From: Phoronis australis
Lineage: Eukaryota > Animalia > Phoronida
NCBI GenBank assembly: GCA_002633005.1
Contig: NMRA01000234.1
Span: forward strand, 431,535 to 495,534
Length of the DNA stretch: 64,000 bases
Direction of reading: 5' to 3'
Shown: positions 26,138-38,100 of the stretch, piece after piece
How the letters are laid out: every line of letters begins with the position of its first letter
Position numbering within the stretch: the first letter of the stretch is position 1
Notes under the pieces: generated by a model
What the model was told of the DNA's origin: nothing
The model's input: the letters and a program-made list of their open reading frames with translations, nothing else
The model's database searches: none
Translations under genes and position numbers: made by a program

Positions 26138-27878
26138 GCGTGTGCGTGCAGGGGCCCATCCAGGATTTTGAGGAGGGCAAGGCAGAGAATTAGCCAGGAT
26201 TTTGTCCGTCAGAAATTCGCATCCCCGAACTGTCAAATGGAACCTGAGAGAATTTTAGGATGGGGGGAGGCATGGCCCCCTTGGCCCCTCTAAATCCGCC
26301 ACTGGCGTGTGTGTGTGTGTTTGTGTGTGTATATATGTTACATCATAATGTATGTCTCGGTCACATAAAGCTCAGTTCCCGGCGACGACGATGCAATATG
26401 GGATGAACTTGTGGCAGAAAGTCAGCCAACAGAAGGGCGAATACCGGGAGCGGCGGGACGGTGTCGTCGAAAGTCTGCAACTATCAATGCATTGAAAAAT
26501 CGACCTTTGCTCGGCTTCAGGATAGAACTCAATCGGCGGTATCTGCCAAGCATCATCCGATACATGGCAAGAACATGAGTAGATAGGCCTATATCCCGCT
26601 GTACGTGTGCAATTCGACTTCTTGATTTTAGATAAGTATGTTACTCAAGTCGATCGAGGACCATATATATACATATTCTGTTACAAGTACCCAACACTTA
26701 AGAAAGTATAACCATGAATGACAGAACCTAGTATCTCTAGTCTGAATTGTACAATGTCGTTTACAGAATTTGATGAAGATTATGAAGAAATAAAAGAAAG
26801 GACACCCCTTTTCTCCATTGACCATGACACAATTAAGTATCGACCAATGATTCCCAGCGACGCCGTAACCGAAACGAACATCAGAAATATACCGCTCATA
26901 CTGTATTGGTCCCCATTCTTCGGCGGAGATTACGGTTACCTCACCAACACAGCCTACTCGAAGGCGCACTGCGGCGATGCTGTCACATGTGAAGTGACAA
27001 CCGACCGGTCGAGGTTTCACGATAGTTCCGCCTTGCTCATTCATCCAATAGAAGAAATAGAGCCTATACCATCGACTCGAAAACCATGGCAACGTCTGGT
27101 ATTCTACTACCACGAACCGCCTCATCCGTTGTCACACTTTCACAAATCCCTTGACCCGTCGGCATTCAATCTTACAATGACCTACAGAACTGATTCTGAT
27201 ATTTACATGCCATACGGGTTTTTTATCCGCTCCAGGGTGTTTCCATTGATGACGACAATCAATTACGCTACCGGTAAAACGAAACTAGTTTTGTGGATTG
27301 TCAGCAATTGCAACGCGCCGTCAAACAGAACAAACTATGTCAGTCGCTTACGTAAGTACATTCCCGTGGATGTTTACGGACGCTGTGGTACGCAGCAGTG
27401 TTCAAGGACTGGACCAACGTCTTGCTGGACGATAAGTAAGAAGTATAAATTCTACCTCGCTTTCGAAAGCTTGTTTTCTGCGGATTATATCACTGAAAAA
27501 GTTTATGATCGAATGATGAACGGTCTGGTGCCGGTTGTAATGGGCGCGGTAGAGTACAGCAAATTTCTGCCTGAAAGCAGCTATATCGATATTGCAGACT
27601 TCGATTCTCCACGCGCATTGGCCGAGTACTTGTTGAAAGTCAACGCAGACGACAAACTTTACAACTCGTATTTTGAGTGGAGAAACACTTACCAACTGAG
27701 CATGTCTCGTGCGCCGGCGTTCTGTCACCTCTGCGCAATACTGTCGTCGTCTCAACAGCAGTATAAGATGTATGCAAACATCACAAGCTGGTGGTTCAAC
27801 GGAACGAACGTCGGTCCGGACAAGGTGTACCCGCACTTGACTCAATATTTCCAAGAGGACAGGGACACACAGCAGTAG
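20190..27878 (+). CDS. Alpha-1,3-fucosyltransferase, glycosyltransferase family 10 (type II Golgi membrane protein, about 414 aa)
   Basis: Exon 20190-20322 encodes MTSKRWFSLAFVSRLHKVHGILLLLGILIFGYAVVNQKATRSST (basic tail plus hydrophobic anchor) and ends at a CAG|GTAAGT donor. It joins in phase to the acceptor TTTACAG| at 26767 (26725 is an alternative). The large exon has GT10 motifs ILYWSPFF, FNLTMTYRTDSDI, WIVSNC...R, VDVYGRCG, YKFYLAFE..DYITEK, VPVVMG and SYIDIADF...LAEYL...LYNSYFEWR. The catalytic exon is certain; the upstream exon is inferred. Confidence 0.9.
21780..24330 (-). mobile_element. Degraded Ty3/Gypsy LTR-retrotransposon pol with integrase upstream of reverse transcriptase (Gmr1-like), inside the fucosyltransferase intron
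   Basis: On the - strand, 24320-24110 reads LREFVMRLRHES..EHLGVKET....NFYWPGV..EVTRFCR (integrase zinc domain). 24000-23300 has FPREILS, RHWDRYL, FELLHG and KRYYDK (integrase core). 22390-21830 has DYRR.NAVT, FFSKIDFTKGYWQI, YQFHKMTFG, NSAATF, FDDVL, VKPSKC and EVRFFLRLTGY (RT). Many frameshifts. Confidence 0.85.
24760..25360 (+). repeat. Degenerate long-period repeat with recurring CCACTAGG(G/T)GGC motif; related array at about 32960-34035
   Basis: Motif variants at 24781, 25078, about 25223 and 25337, and at about 33427, 33542, 33590, 33802 and 34017. Confidence 0.55.
26101..26330. repeat. (GT)n microsatellite split by a MITE
   Basis: TG runs at 26101-26148 and 26305-26330 flank the element at 26149-26304. 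Confidence 0.9.
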
Positions 27879-27892
27879 TCAGGCAACTTTAA

Positions 27893-28384
27893 AGGCGAAG
27901 GCAACCTTTTTTCATGTCATTTTTAGCAAAAATAAGGTTCGTTGATTATCCCAGACATATTTTTCACTTATTTACTGCTTTTCGTAATTTAATTAATTAC
28001 TCGTCGTCTACTCCGGAAGTGACGTTTTGGGAGGCAAGAGTTTCGCGCCAATTTCTTTTCATTGTAGTCTGACTGTGAGCGCTGTCGAGTCAGTCATTGT
28101 TCTACCTCGGTTGTGATAAGTTCGGTCGTCGTTTGCTTTTGCTTACGAGTCAGTCAACATGCCACGCTGTTGCTGCCTACCGAGATGTACAGCCCTCACA
28201 GTCAGACTACAATGAAAAGAAATTGGCGCGAAACTCTTGCCTCCCAAAACGTCACTTCCGGAGTAGAGGACGAGAAATTAATCAAATTACGAAAAGCTGT
28301 AATTAAGTAAAAAAATGTGCCTGGGATAATCAACGAACCTTATTTTTTGCTAAAAGTGACATGAAAAAAAGGTTGCCTTCGCCT
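27893..28384. mobile_element. Fold-back Kolobok-derived MITE
   Basis: TTAA|AGGCGAAGGCAACC ... GGTTGCCTTCGCCT|TTAA. Arms of about 190 bp are near-perfectly inverted, and the centre keeps the first codons of the THAP gene (ATGCCACGCTGTTGCTGC). Confidence 0.92.
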
Positions 28385-28673
28385 TTAACGATCTCGCGTA
28401 AACGAGCTGGGCCAGAAATTAGAGAATCCTACACGATCGAGTCTCAGGTTTATGACATAGGCAAAACCTCTCGGAAATTTCGTCAAACTCCCGAGGTTTG
28501 TCTCCTCACGTGAACCGTAAAACGATCTTTTTGTCGAAAAACTCGACATGTCTAAAATTTTCAACTACATGACGCAACTTTTGTAAAAACACACTTGCGC
28601 AATGTATAAAGTGAACCCAGTTACTTTTTGACTTTCTAAAACAGCTCTGAGGTGGTGGCGTGTTACTACTATA

Positions 28674-29035
28674 ATTAAAATCTATTGGTCTATTTACACC
28701 GACCTCTTGTCGATTACATATTGTTGATTTTATATTGTCCGAAGAAGGATTTGAACACACCACTTCTGAAACTACAGATATTTTGAGTCCAGTACCTTTA
28801 ACCTGCACTACACGGATGACTCAAAATATCTGTAGTTTCAGAAGTCGTGGGTTCAAATCCTTCTTCGGACAATATATAATCAAAAAATCACACCATGACG
28901 AGTGCACCAAATATCCGTGCTCGTGCTTCTAAGAACGCAGGAGCACCTGACGATGGCCGGAGAATAGACCTACCGAAACGTCGTGACAATATTAATAGAC
29001 AAGAGATCGGTGTAAATAGACCAAGAGATTTTAAT
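28674..29035. mobile_element. Nested fold-back element with inverted tRNA-derived arms and a hammerhead-ribozyme core (Penelope-like non-autonomous element?)
   Basis: Outer arms 28674-28724 / 28986-29035; inner arms 28724-28789 / 28818-28883, resembling a tRNA-Leu 3' half. CTGACGA...GAAACGTC lies at 28947-28982. Confidence 0.7.
28944..28985 (+). ncRNA. Minimal type I hammerhead ribozyme motif
   Basis: CAC-CUGACGA-U-GG(loop)CC-GAAAC-GUC^GUG. Both conserved core boxes are present, with a self-complementary ACGU stem III and a 3-bp stem I (CAC/GUG), as in minimal hammerheads of Penelope-like elements. Activity unknown. Confidence 0.6.
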
Positions 29036-29870
29036 AGTTACATTTTGTAAATAATTTTGTTTTAAACTTATCAACTGTAAATTGCATTTAGCTTTCTAAC
29101 AGGCGTTCTAGTTAGAAGCTAATAAATATTCTTCGTCATATGTTGTAACAGTAAAACTTAACAAATGTTTATAAAGAATACAGTCAACAGGGCTTCCCCG
29201 CGCGAGCACTGGATTGACCACGAGACAGCACAGCTAGTCAGTATCACCGCGTGGTTTAATTCTTGAGTTGGGGTTTGTTTCCGTTTGAATGAACGCCGGA
29301 TATGCAATTCGCCGTCGAAGATGGGTCCGTTTTAGAAGTTGTTTGCATGCACTTACGACTGGGAGTACTTACAGTTGCAACACCCGATTTGTCAATCATA
29401 ACCTTGTCACCTTNNNNNNNNNNNNNNNNNNNNNNNNNNNNNNNNNNNNNNNNNNNNNNNNNNNNNNNNNNNNNNNNNNNNNNNNNNNNNNNNNNNNNNN
29501 NNNNNNNNNNNNNNNNNNNNNNNNNNNNNNNNNNGCGTGTAACAAAAATTGCGGGTCGGCGGTACTTTTTCAGCAAGTTGCGGGACCCGCGCGAGATCCA
29601 ATAGGCCCCTAAGTTTCATTTTCGAAAAAAAATACCCGTAAAAGCTAGAGACGTGGCAGAATAACCTAGCTAGCAGACCTGGCACCCGCAATACGGGGTC
29701 TCTCAGCAACTGGTTAACGCCTACGGGCACCTTGTCAATATGAGTGACCCCCCTGGGTGTTGGTAGGCCTTCTAGTGTTTTGCTGACAATAAAAATGTAA
29801 GGCGTATGGTTTTGTACTTAGCACTATTTTGTGATTCGCCCAAGTAACATAAACAAATTATGTACACATA

Positions 29871-30008
29871 GGTTATCCCACAAACACAGGAATACTACTG
29901 CGATATCCTATCACGAATTCATTTCATCTGAGAATGTCCCAACGAGACAGATAAAATGAATTGGAGATAGGATATCGCAGTAGTATTCCTACGTATGTAG
30001 GATTAACC
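29871..30008. mobile_element. Hairpin MITE flanked by TA
   Basis: Arms of about 60 bp, including AGGAATACTACTGCGATATCCTATC / GATAGGATATCGCAGTAGTATTCCT (perfect 25 bp). TA on both sides. Confidence 0.75.
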
Positions 30009-31388
30009 TATTTATCCCACACACGCACGCACGCATATCCGGCACACATACATACATACATACATAGTTCGGTAGTAGCCCTTCGTTTACACAAACTTCG
30101 TTTTAAAGACACAAGACTTTTTCTTAACAAAAAGTCTAAACATACATATATTTGAACTTATTTGCATCACATCGATATCTTGTTGACAATTATCCGTGAA
30201 CGTGTTGAATAACTAGTAGTTTAATTTCATAATGAATTTATTAGAATTTTTAGTTTGTGAAATATACAAGTTAAAACATTGAACCATTCAATAATATTAA
30301 AAGTTCGTCGTAAACTTAGAAACAATCCATCCGAGAATATTGATTTCGCGATTCGGGAAGCCAGTCATGGGTACTACTTCCAAGGAGTGTAACACTCCTT
30401 GCCACCGCCGCCTAGCTGGTAGGTGTAACATAAAGCCATCTAGACTTATATCCAAAGTTAGCAGTTTCCTTAAATATATCCACAGCACCAAGGACCACCT
30501 ACTGAACTCTAATACGATACCAAAATCATGTACCTAAAACAAATAACAAAATCTTGATCAGAGTCTATTTTGCCTAGGGTATGCAACAAGTTATGTAACA
30601 AAGTAAAACGTGATATGAATTGTCCAATAACGCCATGTATTATCACAATAAAAAGTAATACAAAACATGACTCTGCAAGATGAGCAGAAGAAAAAACTAA
30701 ACGACTATGGCATGTACACAGACCTGCCCAGAGTAGAGAGAATAACAACAAAGAGGTTATGATAAAACACCTGAAGGGCCTAACAGAAAATGGATAAAAA
30801 AGGAAAACCAAATAACCATATACACAGAGTATAGTGGAGTACGAACGAACGGAAAAGTGTAACATGAAGAAAACTTTTTCAGATATATATTTCAAAACTA
30901 GGCCAATATGGGAAGAATGTCCTTCACTGTTACTAGAACATGGCAACTCTGCCATTATTCAACCAAATTGCACAAGAGTCATATAATATACGAGAGCCTT
31001 TTATCAGCTCTTGATAGTGTATGACATGCCAAAACGCAGGGGAGAAATGTTCGCGGCAACACACAAAACATTCTTACACAAACACCGTTTTTTGTCAAAG
31101 CGGAGACGTAACCCCTAAAAACGCCCAATGTTTTTTTTAAATCCAATGGGAAATTGCGGGTGTTGCAAAACCCAAGACACGTCCCGTTTTTTTTTCATTT
31201 TTGTCGAACGGGAAAATAGGGCTACCGGTATGTCCTGTGTGGAATTACCATAGTATATAATATTTAAATTTCGCGGTGTGTCAAAAAGCGGAACATTTTG
31301 ATGGTGTGGTGGAATGGCCAGAAATCGAAATTACAAAGAGTATCTGGGCATGAGATAAAAACTGCACAAATGAATCACTATAGAAAAC

Positions 31389-31600
31389 AGTAATAATATA
31401 CACATGCATACATGCATATACAAACACACAGACTTATCTGTGCAAACAAATACACAAGTAGTAATAATATACACATGCATACATGTATATACAAACACAC
31501 AGACTTATCTGTGCAAACAAATGCACAAGTAGTAATATACACATGCATACATGTATATACAAACACACACACTTAGCTATGCAAACAAATGCAAAAGTAG
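31389..31600. repeat. ~71-bp tandem repeat, three copies
   Basis: Unit AGTAATAATATACACATGCATACATG.ATATACAAACACACAGACTTATCTGTGCAAACAAAT.CACAAGT. Confidence 0.85.
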
Positions 31601-32147
31601 TTTTTCGAAAGTTACATAAATATACCCGTTAGTGGGACCTAAACTTTTCATTTAGAATTACAGGAGGGTAAATGGGCTTCCTGGTAGCGCCAGAAATGTC
31701 TGAGGGCACGAAACTAATTTTACAACTTATTGCCATTATTGTTAATCAAACTGTCACCTCTTTAATGTAGCCAAACAGTTGAGAGATGGTGTACCCTCAC
31801 TACCCTTAGCAGTGACTCGCAGAAGGGGGGAGGTGATAGCTTTTCCACATAAGGGGGCATCCAATCACTATGAATAAACTTTGAAATTGTGACGATTTGT
31901 AGTTAAATTGAATAAAGTTTCTATTTTATGTTTTTTACTTTTCTTAGTACTGGAGTATATGCATTTGAGTAGCCAAATGGGGATCCAATAAAAAAATCAC
32001 TCTGGGCATCACCAAAACTCTGCAGGAAACTGGGTTATAGTACACAATGGATCAGCATTTATCATGGATGAGCACTTTATTTCCCAGTTATTTCATAGTC
32101 ATTAAAGCATGCAGTCTACTGGATAAATGTCTTTTTTCTTTTATGTT

Positions 32148-35100
32148 TCACTGTGGAATGTAGACGAACGTCAATTCTTTTCTCCATGGCACGGGCATTG
32201 GTCTGCAGTTTATGGACACTTTTCCATTTAGGAACTGTTGAGCAACAAATCTGTTGAAATCATTCACTTCCGGGTGGTTGGCATATTCTTGAATCTAAAA
32301 TACAGTTGTAAGAATTGTCAATTAACACAATATCAAAAACACACTAATAAAAATTGTAATTATTTCCTCTTTGCAAAAAAAGAAACAATATTTGAATGTA
32401 AAGTGAAAGTGTTTTAGCGAACATTCGCCCTTCAACAGAAGATGAAGTGGACTGAGACTCAAATCATCACGTACGGGGGACCAAGTATTAACACACATAA
32501 TCAGCTGGTATGGTCAGAGACCTGTAGTTTGCATAAATTATCTAGGAACAAAATTGAAGGGGAGATAATTGCACTTTTCGTGGTGTATTAACATCAAATC
32601 TATTATTCGCAGGCAACTGTTTCCAGCCATATCGTTTAGTATAGTTTATTTTCTCAATCAAAAAGTAACTCAGTTTACCTGCTCCACTATTGGATAATTG
32701 GCTGTATGTCCACCGCATCCCTGGACAATGTATTATTGTCTAATATCGTCAAAGTTTCCTGCCTCAAAATCGATACATGTTGCCAGTTTTCGCAAACGCT
32801 AGTCACGTTCGGGCCTCCAGCGCACAATAGGCTACATGAAAGCCGAAAATGCAATTAAGTTCCTGACTGTATGGACTTCCTTATTTGGAAAGTCGCTCTT
32901 TATTTCTCTTGTATCATGAAAGTTCATGTGGAAACTCTGAAGTTACAGAGGGAGGAAGACATAGGGGCAGAGTGGTCATCGCCATCTATTGCCACATTCA
33001 TAAAAATAAACTCACAGGGGTTCATGGCATGCAGCAGCAGACACAAAAAGACTGTCACCAAGAGGCAACACAGTAGTCACAGCTGTCCGGAAATCAACGT
33101 CAGCCATCCTATTCCCAGCAGGAACACCTATATCTGTCCAGTTTTCATAATCATCCTAAGAGCAATTTGGCAGACAGAGGAAGACAATAAAACAGGCCCC
33201 AAAACAGTGAACACAGCTGCTAGAAGGTGCAGTTGCCTCCTTAGTATAACTTTCTGCCAAATTTCATGAAAATCTGTCAAGAGATTCTGAAGATAGCTGA
33301 CACAGTGGTAGTCCGATCCATCTGATAGTCGTCACCATCATTTGTCAATTTCATAGAAACATACATGCCAAATTTAACACAATTCATGCAAAAGGTTCAT
33401 GAGATACAGCCGCAGATGCAAAAATGCTACCAGGAGGTGCCAAATTTGGTAGAGCCATCTGAAAATCAATGTCAGCTGTCCTCTTACCCATAGAAACAAA
33501 TAAACTATAAATTTTCATCATTTATCTTTAGTGCGGTTTGGCCAATAGGGAGGTGGAAGTCTAACAAATTCAGAAATAGTAAAAAACAGGTACTAGGTGG
33601 TGCAGAAGATATCATGTCCAATCGAAAATGAGAAGGGGTGTGGTCTCCCCAGTAAGATGCAAAAAATGACTACTGGACTTACCGCATGGAGGAATAACAA
33701 ATCTATCGTATGATCCTTAACACATATCTATTTGCCAAACTTCCAGAGAATCCGTCAAGTAACTCCGAAGATACAGAGGAAAATGGGAAAGACTAACATT
33801 GCCACTAGGAGGCAAAGCATTAGCCAGATCCGTACTAAAGTGGTGCTTTCAGCCAATTTCATAGTAACACATTTACCAAATTTAACAAAATTCCTGCAAG
33901 AGGTTCATGAGAAGGTGCCACAGTAGTCGGAGCCATTCAAACATCACTGTAAGCCGTCCTCTTCCCAGTAGAAACACAGACCAATTTTCACAACCATCCA
34001 AAAAACACTGAAGTTGCCACCAGGGGGCACACCAGTAGTTGAATACAGATAGGGACATTTTGCAAAATTTCACACTAAAACCTCCTTTAAGGGCTTTTGG
34101 AGGTACACCAGCGGATGGACGGGGATGACAGCAAAATGCACCAACATATAAAAAAGCTGTGGAGAATACACATTTTTTGTTACTATGCACATAGTGAATT
34201 ATTCTTAGTAACCTAAGAGCAGTATAATTTCTGCATCATATTTCATCACTGGGTGAGTGATACTATCTACCAATTCAATACCACATACCCGATGACCTTC
34301 ATATTTAATTCTCATGAGCGTGATTTCGTCACACGTACAAACGTTTCATTGGAGTGTCCTGTACTAAACACAGTCAATACAATATTACAAGTTCTCGGCA
34401 GCTATGCAAAGAGTCCTCGCTTACAAAATTAAACAAAGTAAACAAAATGGATTACAAACAAAACTCATGCTGGAAGCATGTTCTGTGTTGTCCTCAATAA
34501 TTGGCACCAGCACTGTTGCAGATGCTGCTACTCCTTCCATTACAGCATACTGATAGAAACAAAACAGCTAATACAGTACAAAACAAAAGTAATCAGACAA
34601 AATGGCGTCTCCCTATCATGACAGTTAATTCTGCTAATAACAAAAATGGCTGATTGTAACTATTATGGGGCAAATTTCTAATTTAGCAGAATGGCTTAGT
34701 CACCATACTACCGTAACTTTCTTGTTGATTTCCCTTATTCTCGGTAAAGAAATAAGACTACTTTTACAACAAACTTGGCATCTACCCAGCCACCATGACG
34801 GAGAATTCCGGGTCATTTTGCCTGAATTGTTTTGGCTTGTAATGTATATTTATTTCTGAATTCAAGATATGAATGTTTCTTATCTGTTCATCTCACTCAT
34901 AAAATGAAACTTATACTTACATCCATCCACCTGCATTCGTCGATTTCGATATCGCATGTTTTAATATCTTCTGTCTTCGCCTTCAAGTAACACACAAAAT
35001 AGATATCAGAGCAGCCAAACTTGAACTTGTGCATGTGACGGAATGCCAGAATATGCTGGAACTCACTCTCAATCCCAGTCTCCTCTCTCACCTCGCGTAT

Positions 35101-38100
35101 TGCACCTTCTCCGAAATCTTCACCTGAGAAAGGAAGACCCATTTTACGATGCTAAACTTTCGTTTCAGTCATGTCCCCCAACTCCATCATGCTCAATACA
35201 AGTGCAGACTACTTCACTAAGTCATCCTCAGATTTATCCACACAAAGCTTACAACTGAGCAGAGAAGCAAGAGGTTATAGAGGATGATCAAGAAAGAGTA
35301 GCCCAGTGCTTTTTCGCTGTCCGCTTCACCAACCGGTGGCATTATCTCTTATTCATTTATGAAAAATTCAAACATAAATTTACACTAATATGCTTAGGTA
35401 ATGTCCATAAAAGTACCGCATTGCCGCGCTATTAGGCCCACAGGCCTATTAACAAAATAATGCATTTTTGTGGCTTTTTTTACCCACATGGTTGTGCATG
35501 CAGTGAAGTTCCGAAAATAAACGCAGGCAGTGACCCTGCACAGGCTTGTACATTAATTTGCATATAGGCACAATAAACAGACTGCAGAAAAACAGAAAAT
35601 AAACATGAACACAGTATATGTTCTGGGAAGAAAACAATTACAACCTCTAAAAGTGAGGATGGTTACATATAAGAATGTCATTACGAAGTTGCCACGTCAT
35701 TAGTCCCATGGTCCTACATCCGACATAATTTTTTTCAGTTTAAGGGTTTATTGATAATAAATCAAAGAACATAACACTGAATATAGTTTAGTCATGCACT
35801 AACCCCTGCACACTCGCATACAGACGGAGGACCCATAAAAATCAAAAAAAAATATATAAATAATAAGATAAGAGGGGTCCCTCTTTCATTGAACAAATGA
35901 CAGAAGTTGACAATTTTGAAGGAAAATAAACTTCTCAACATTATAGTAATCTAAAACAACCATTCTGAACTTGACAGCTATTAAGTTTTTGTTTGTAAAT
36001 ATGACCTTTGACAAGACACAAAACAAGGTTCACAATTATAGGTATACTGAATTTACCAAACACTACTTCCATGCAACTAAGATTTAGAGATACATCACAC
36101 AAATCTTTAACCCATGAATCAACTTGAGACCAAAAGAGGATGCAAAATTACAATTTCTGAAGTAGAAGAGATATGGGAGTCTGATGGGACTTGTTTTGAA
36201 TAGGGGGCATCGCTGTTTGTCTGTGCTTTCAGCTCAGTATTCAAGAGAACACTTAGAACACGTCCGCCATGCTCCGAATCCGGAAGTAAGTGTGATATTC
36301 TTTAGGCTGCAGAGTGGCACCACCTTTTATTTCCTCTCGTAACTAAGTGTTGCAATATAAGTCACTTTTTGGAACCTCGCCGTCTTTATTGGTGTTGTCT
36401 CACTTCTACTGACTGGAACTATTGCAAACCATAACATTAGCAGTATCCAAAATACTGCCTTTTTTTGTAGCCTTTTTCTACCCAAGTGGTTCCCATGCGC
36501 CTAAGTTTCGCAAATATGTACAGTTCTAAACAAACACCCATGGGCCTAATGGCGTGGCAATACCAACAGAAGACCAATCAGTCGACAGTGAAAAGTCAAA
36601 GCGGCACAGAGAAGGCACTAATATGGATGAAAATTACATGTACGTACCCACTTCCAAATAACCCCCTGGTAACTTCCATCCTCTCATCTTTTCTCCATGG
36701 GAGACCTTTTCTTTGATAACCAGAACCTGCTGTTTATCGTTGACTACAAAACCTCCAGTTCCTGCCCGGTACATGTGATGCAGCATTAACAAGTCAAAAC
36801 AATGGGAAAATAGAGTACAAAAACAACAATGTCTTAAATTTCAATAAAAACGTCGCATATAGTGCACTGTTGAAAACCGATTAAAATGTTTACAGTTGTT
36901 ATATACACGTCTTCCGTAACAAAAATAACCATTTGCATTAGACAACATACTGTTGCAACCTTGGTCTCAAATTGTTCGGAGTCAAATTAGAGGTAATTTT
37001 CGGGCTTTCAAAGACAACACAGTTCATTATTGCTAGAGACCAAGCTCTACAGATTGGTTTGAAAACGTGTCATATTCTGCACTGAATATCTAGGGATTAA
37101 CAAAACCTAGTATGTTTTTTGCAAACTCAGAAATCACTTCTCATCTAAGGAAAGTTGAGATTTTTTAGCAGTAGGTGGTTTAAATCAGTCTGGCCACATG
37201 GTAAACAGGCAGGTGATGATGAATAACTCAATGAACATTTTAACATTATACAAACCAAATTTCAGTTAGAAATTAAACCATCGTCAGTGGTGACTGATAG
37301 AATCATAGGAGGATACCAGATATTGAAGTCACTCTATACAATACAACTGAGAAAAGACAAGAGAGATTAGGGGGTGGGGGGGTCCGTGCAGATCTGACAT
37401 GATGGGAGTCATGACTAGAACTGTAGTCTGGGTAACGTGATCTTTTTATTGAGTGACATGAATGCTTTTAGGTGCAAACACTGTCAAAACAATTATACCG
37501 TTGTGTAAAAAAGGTTTACCAATTCAACAAAGTGATCTGTATCTTTAAAACCACTAGTCTACAAAACTGTCTTAATTGAAGTGTAAAACACCATACTTTG
37601 CAGTAATGTTGCATACTTTTAATTAATTGTCAGTATTATCCGGTAGAATGTTAGATTGGCTTGACAACACAGCATCTCGGTCAATGTATAAAACGGCTAC
37701 AGCAGTGCCATCTATCATCAATTGGACCCTACTCAGCATAAGACTGATTCTGACAGTACAGGATATCATTTCTTATGAGAGCAAGACGTCAAATGGACCC
37801 TGCACATTGTCGAATCCAAAGTATCATGACACTCAATATCAATTAATCACGTCAACCAGACAACAGCTTTGGCCACGGCTCCCGTCATACAGTGATTTGC
37901 ATGGACTCCCCCCAAGTCTCTCTTGTCATTTATTATATAAACATTAACATCTGGTGTCTCCTATGATTCTGTCTATCAATGCTGATGAAGGTTTATTATG
38001 TTCTATCTGAAACATTTGCTTGCATATTAAAATATGGTGACTAAACCATTCATCATAACCTTCTTTGTTGATCTTTATCAAAAGTTTGGTTCTTGGACAG

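Noticed and set aside
26628-27854. Antisense ORFs of 165 and 150 aa opposite the fucosyltransferase
   Set aside because: Shadow ORFs of a real coding strand with no recognisable motifs.
28734-28872. Functional tRNA-Leu gene
   Set aside because: The 5' acceptor and D arms are degenerate or missing and a cloverleaf cannot be closed. Treated as a tRNA-derived repeat.
30300-30960. 148-aa hydrophobic ORF (30509-30955, -)
   Set aside because: T-rich low-complexity translation, with no family motif or splice support.
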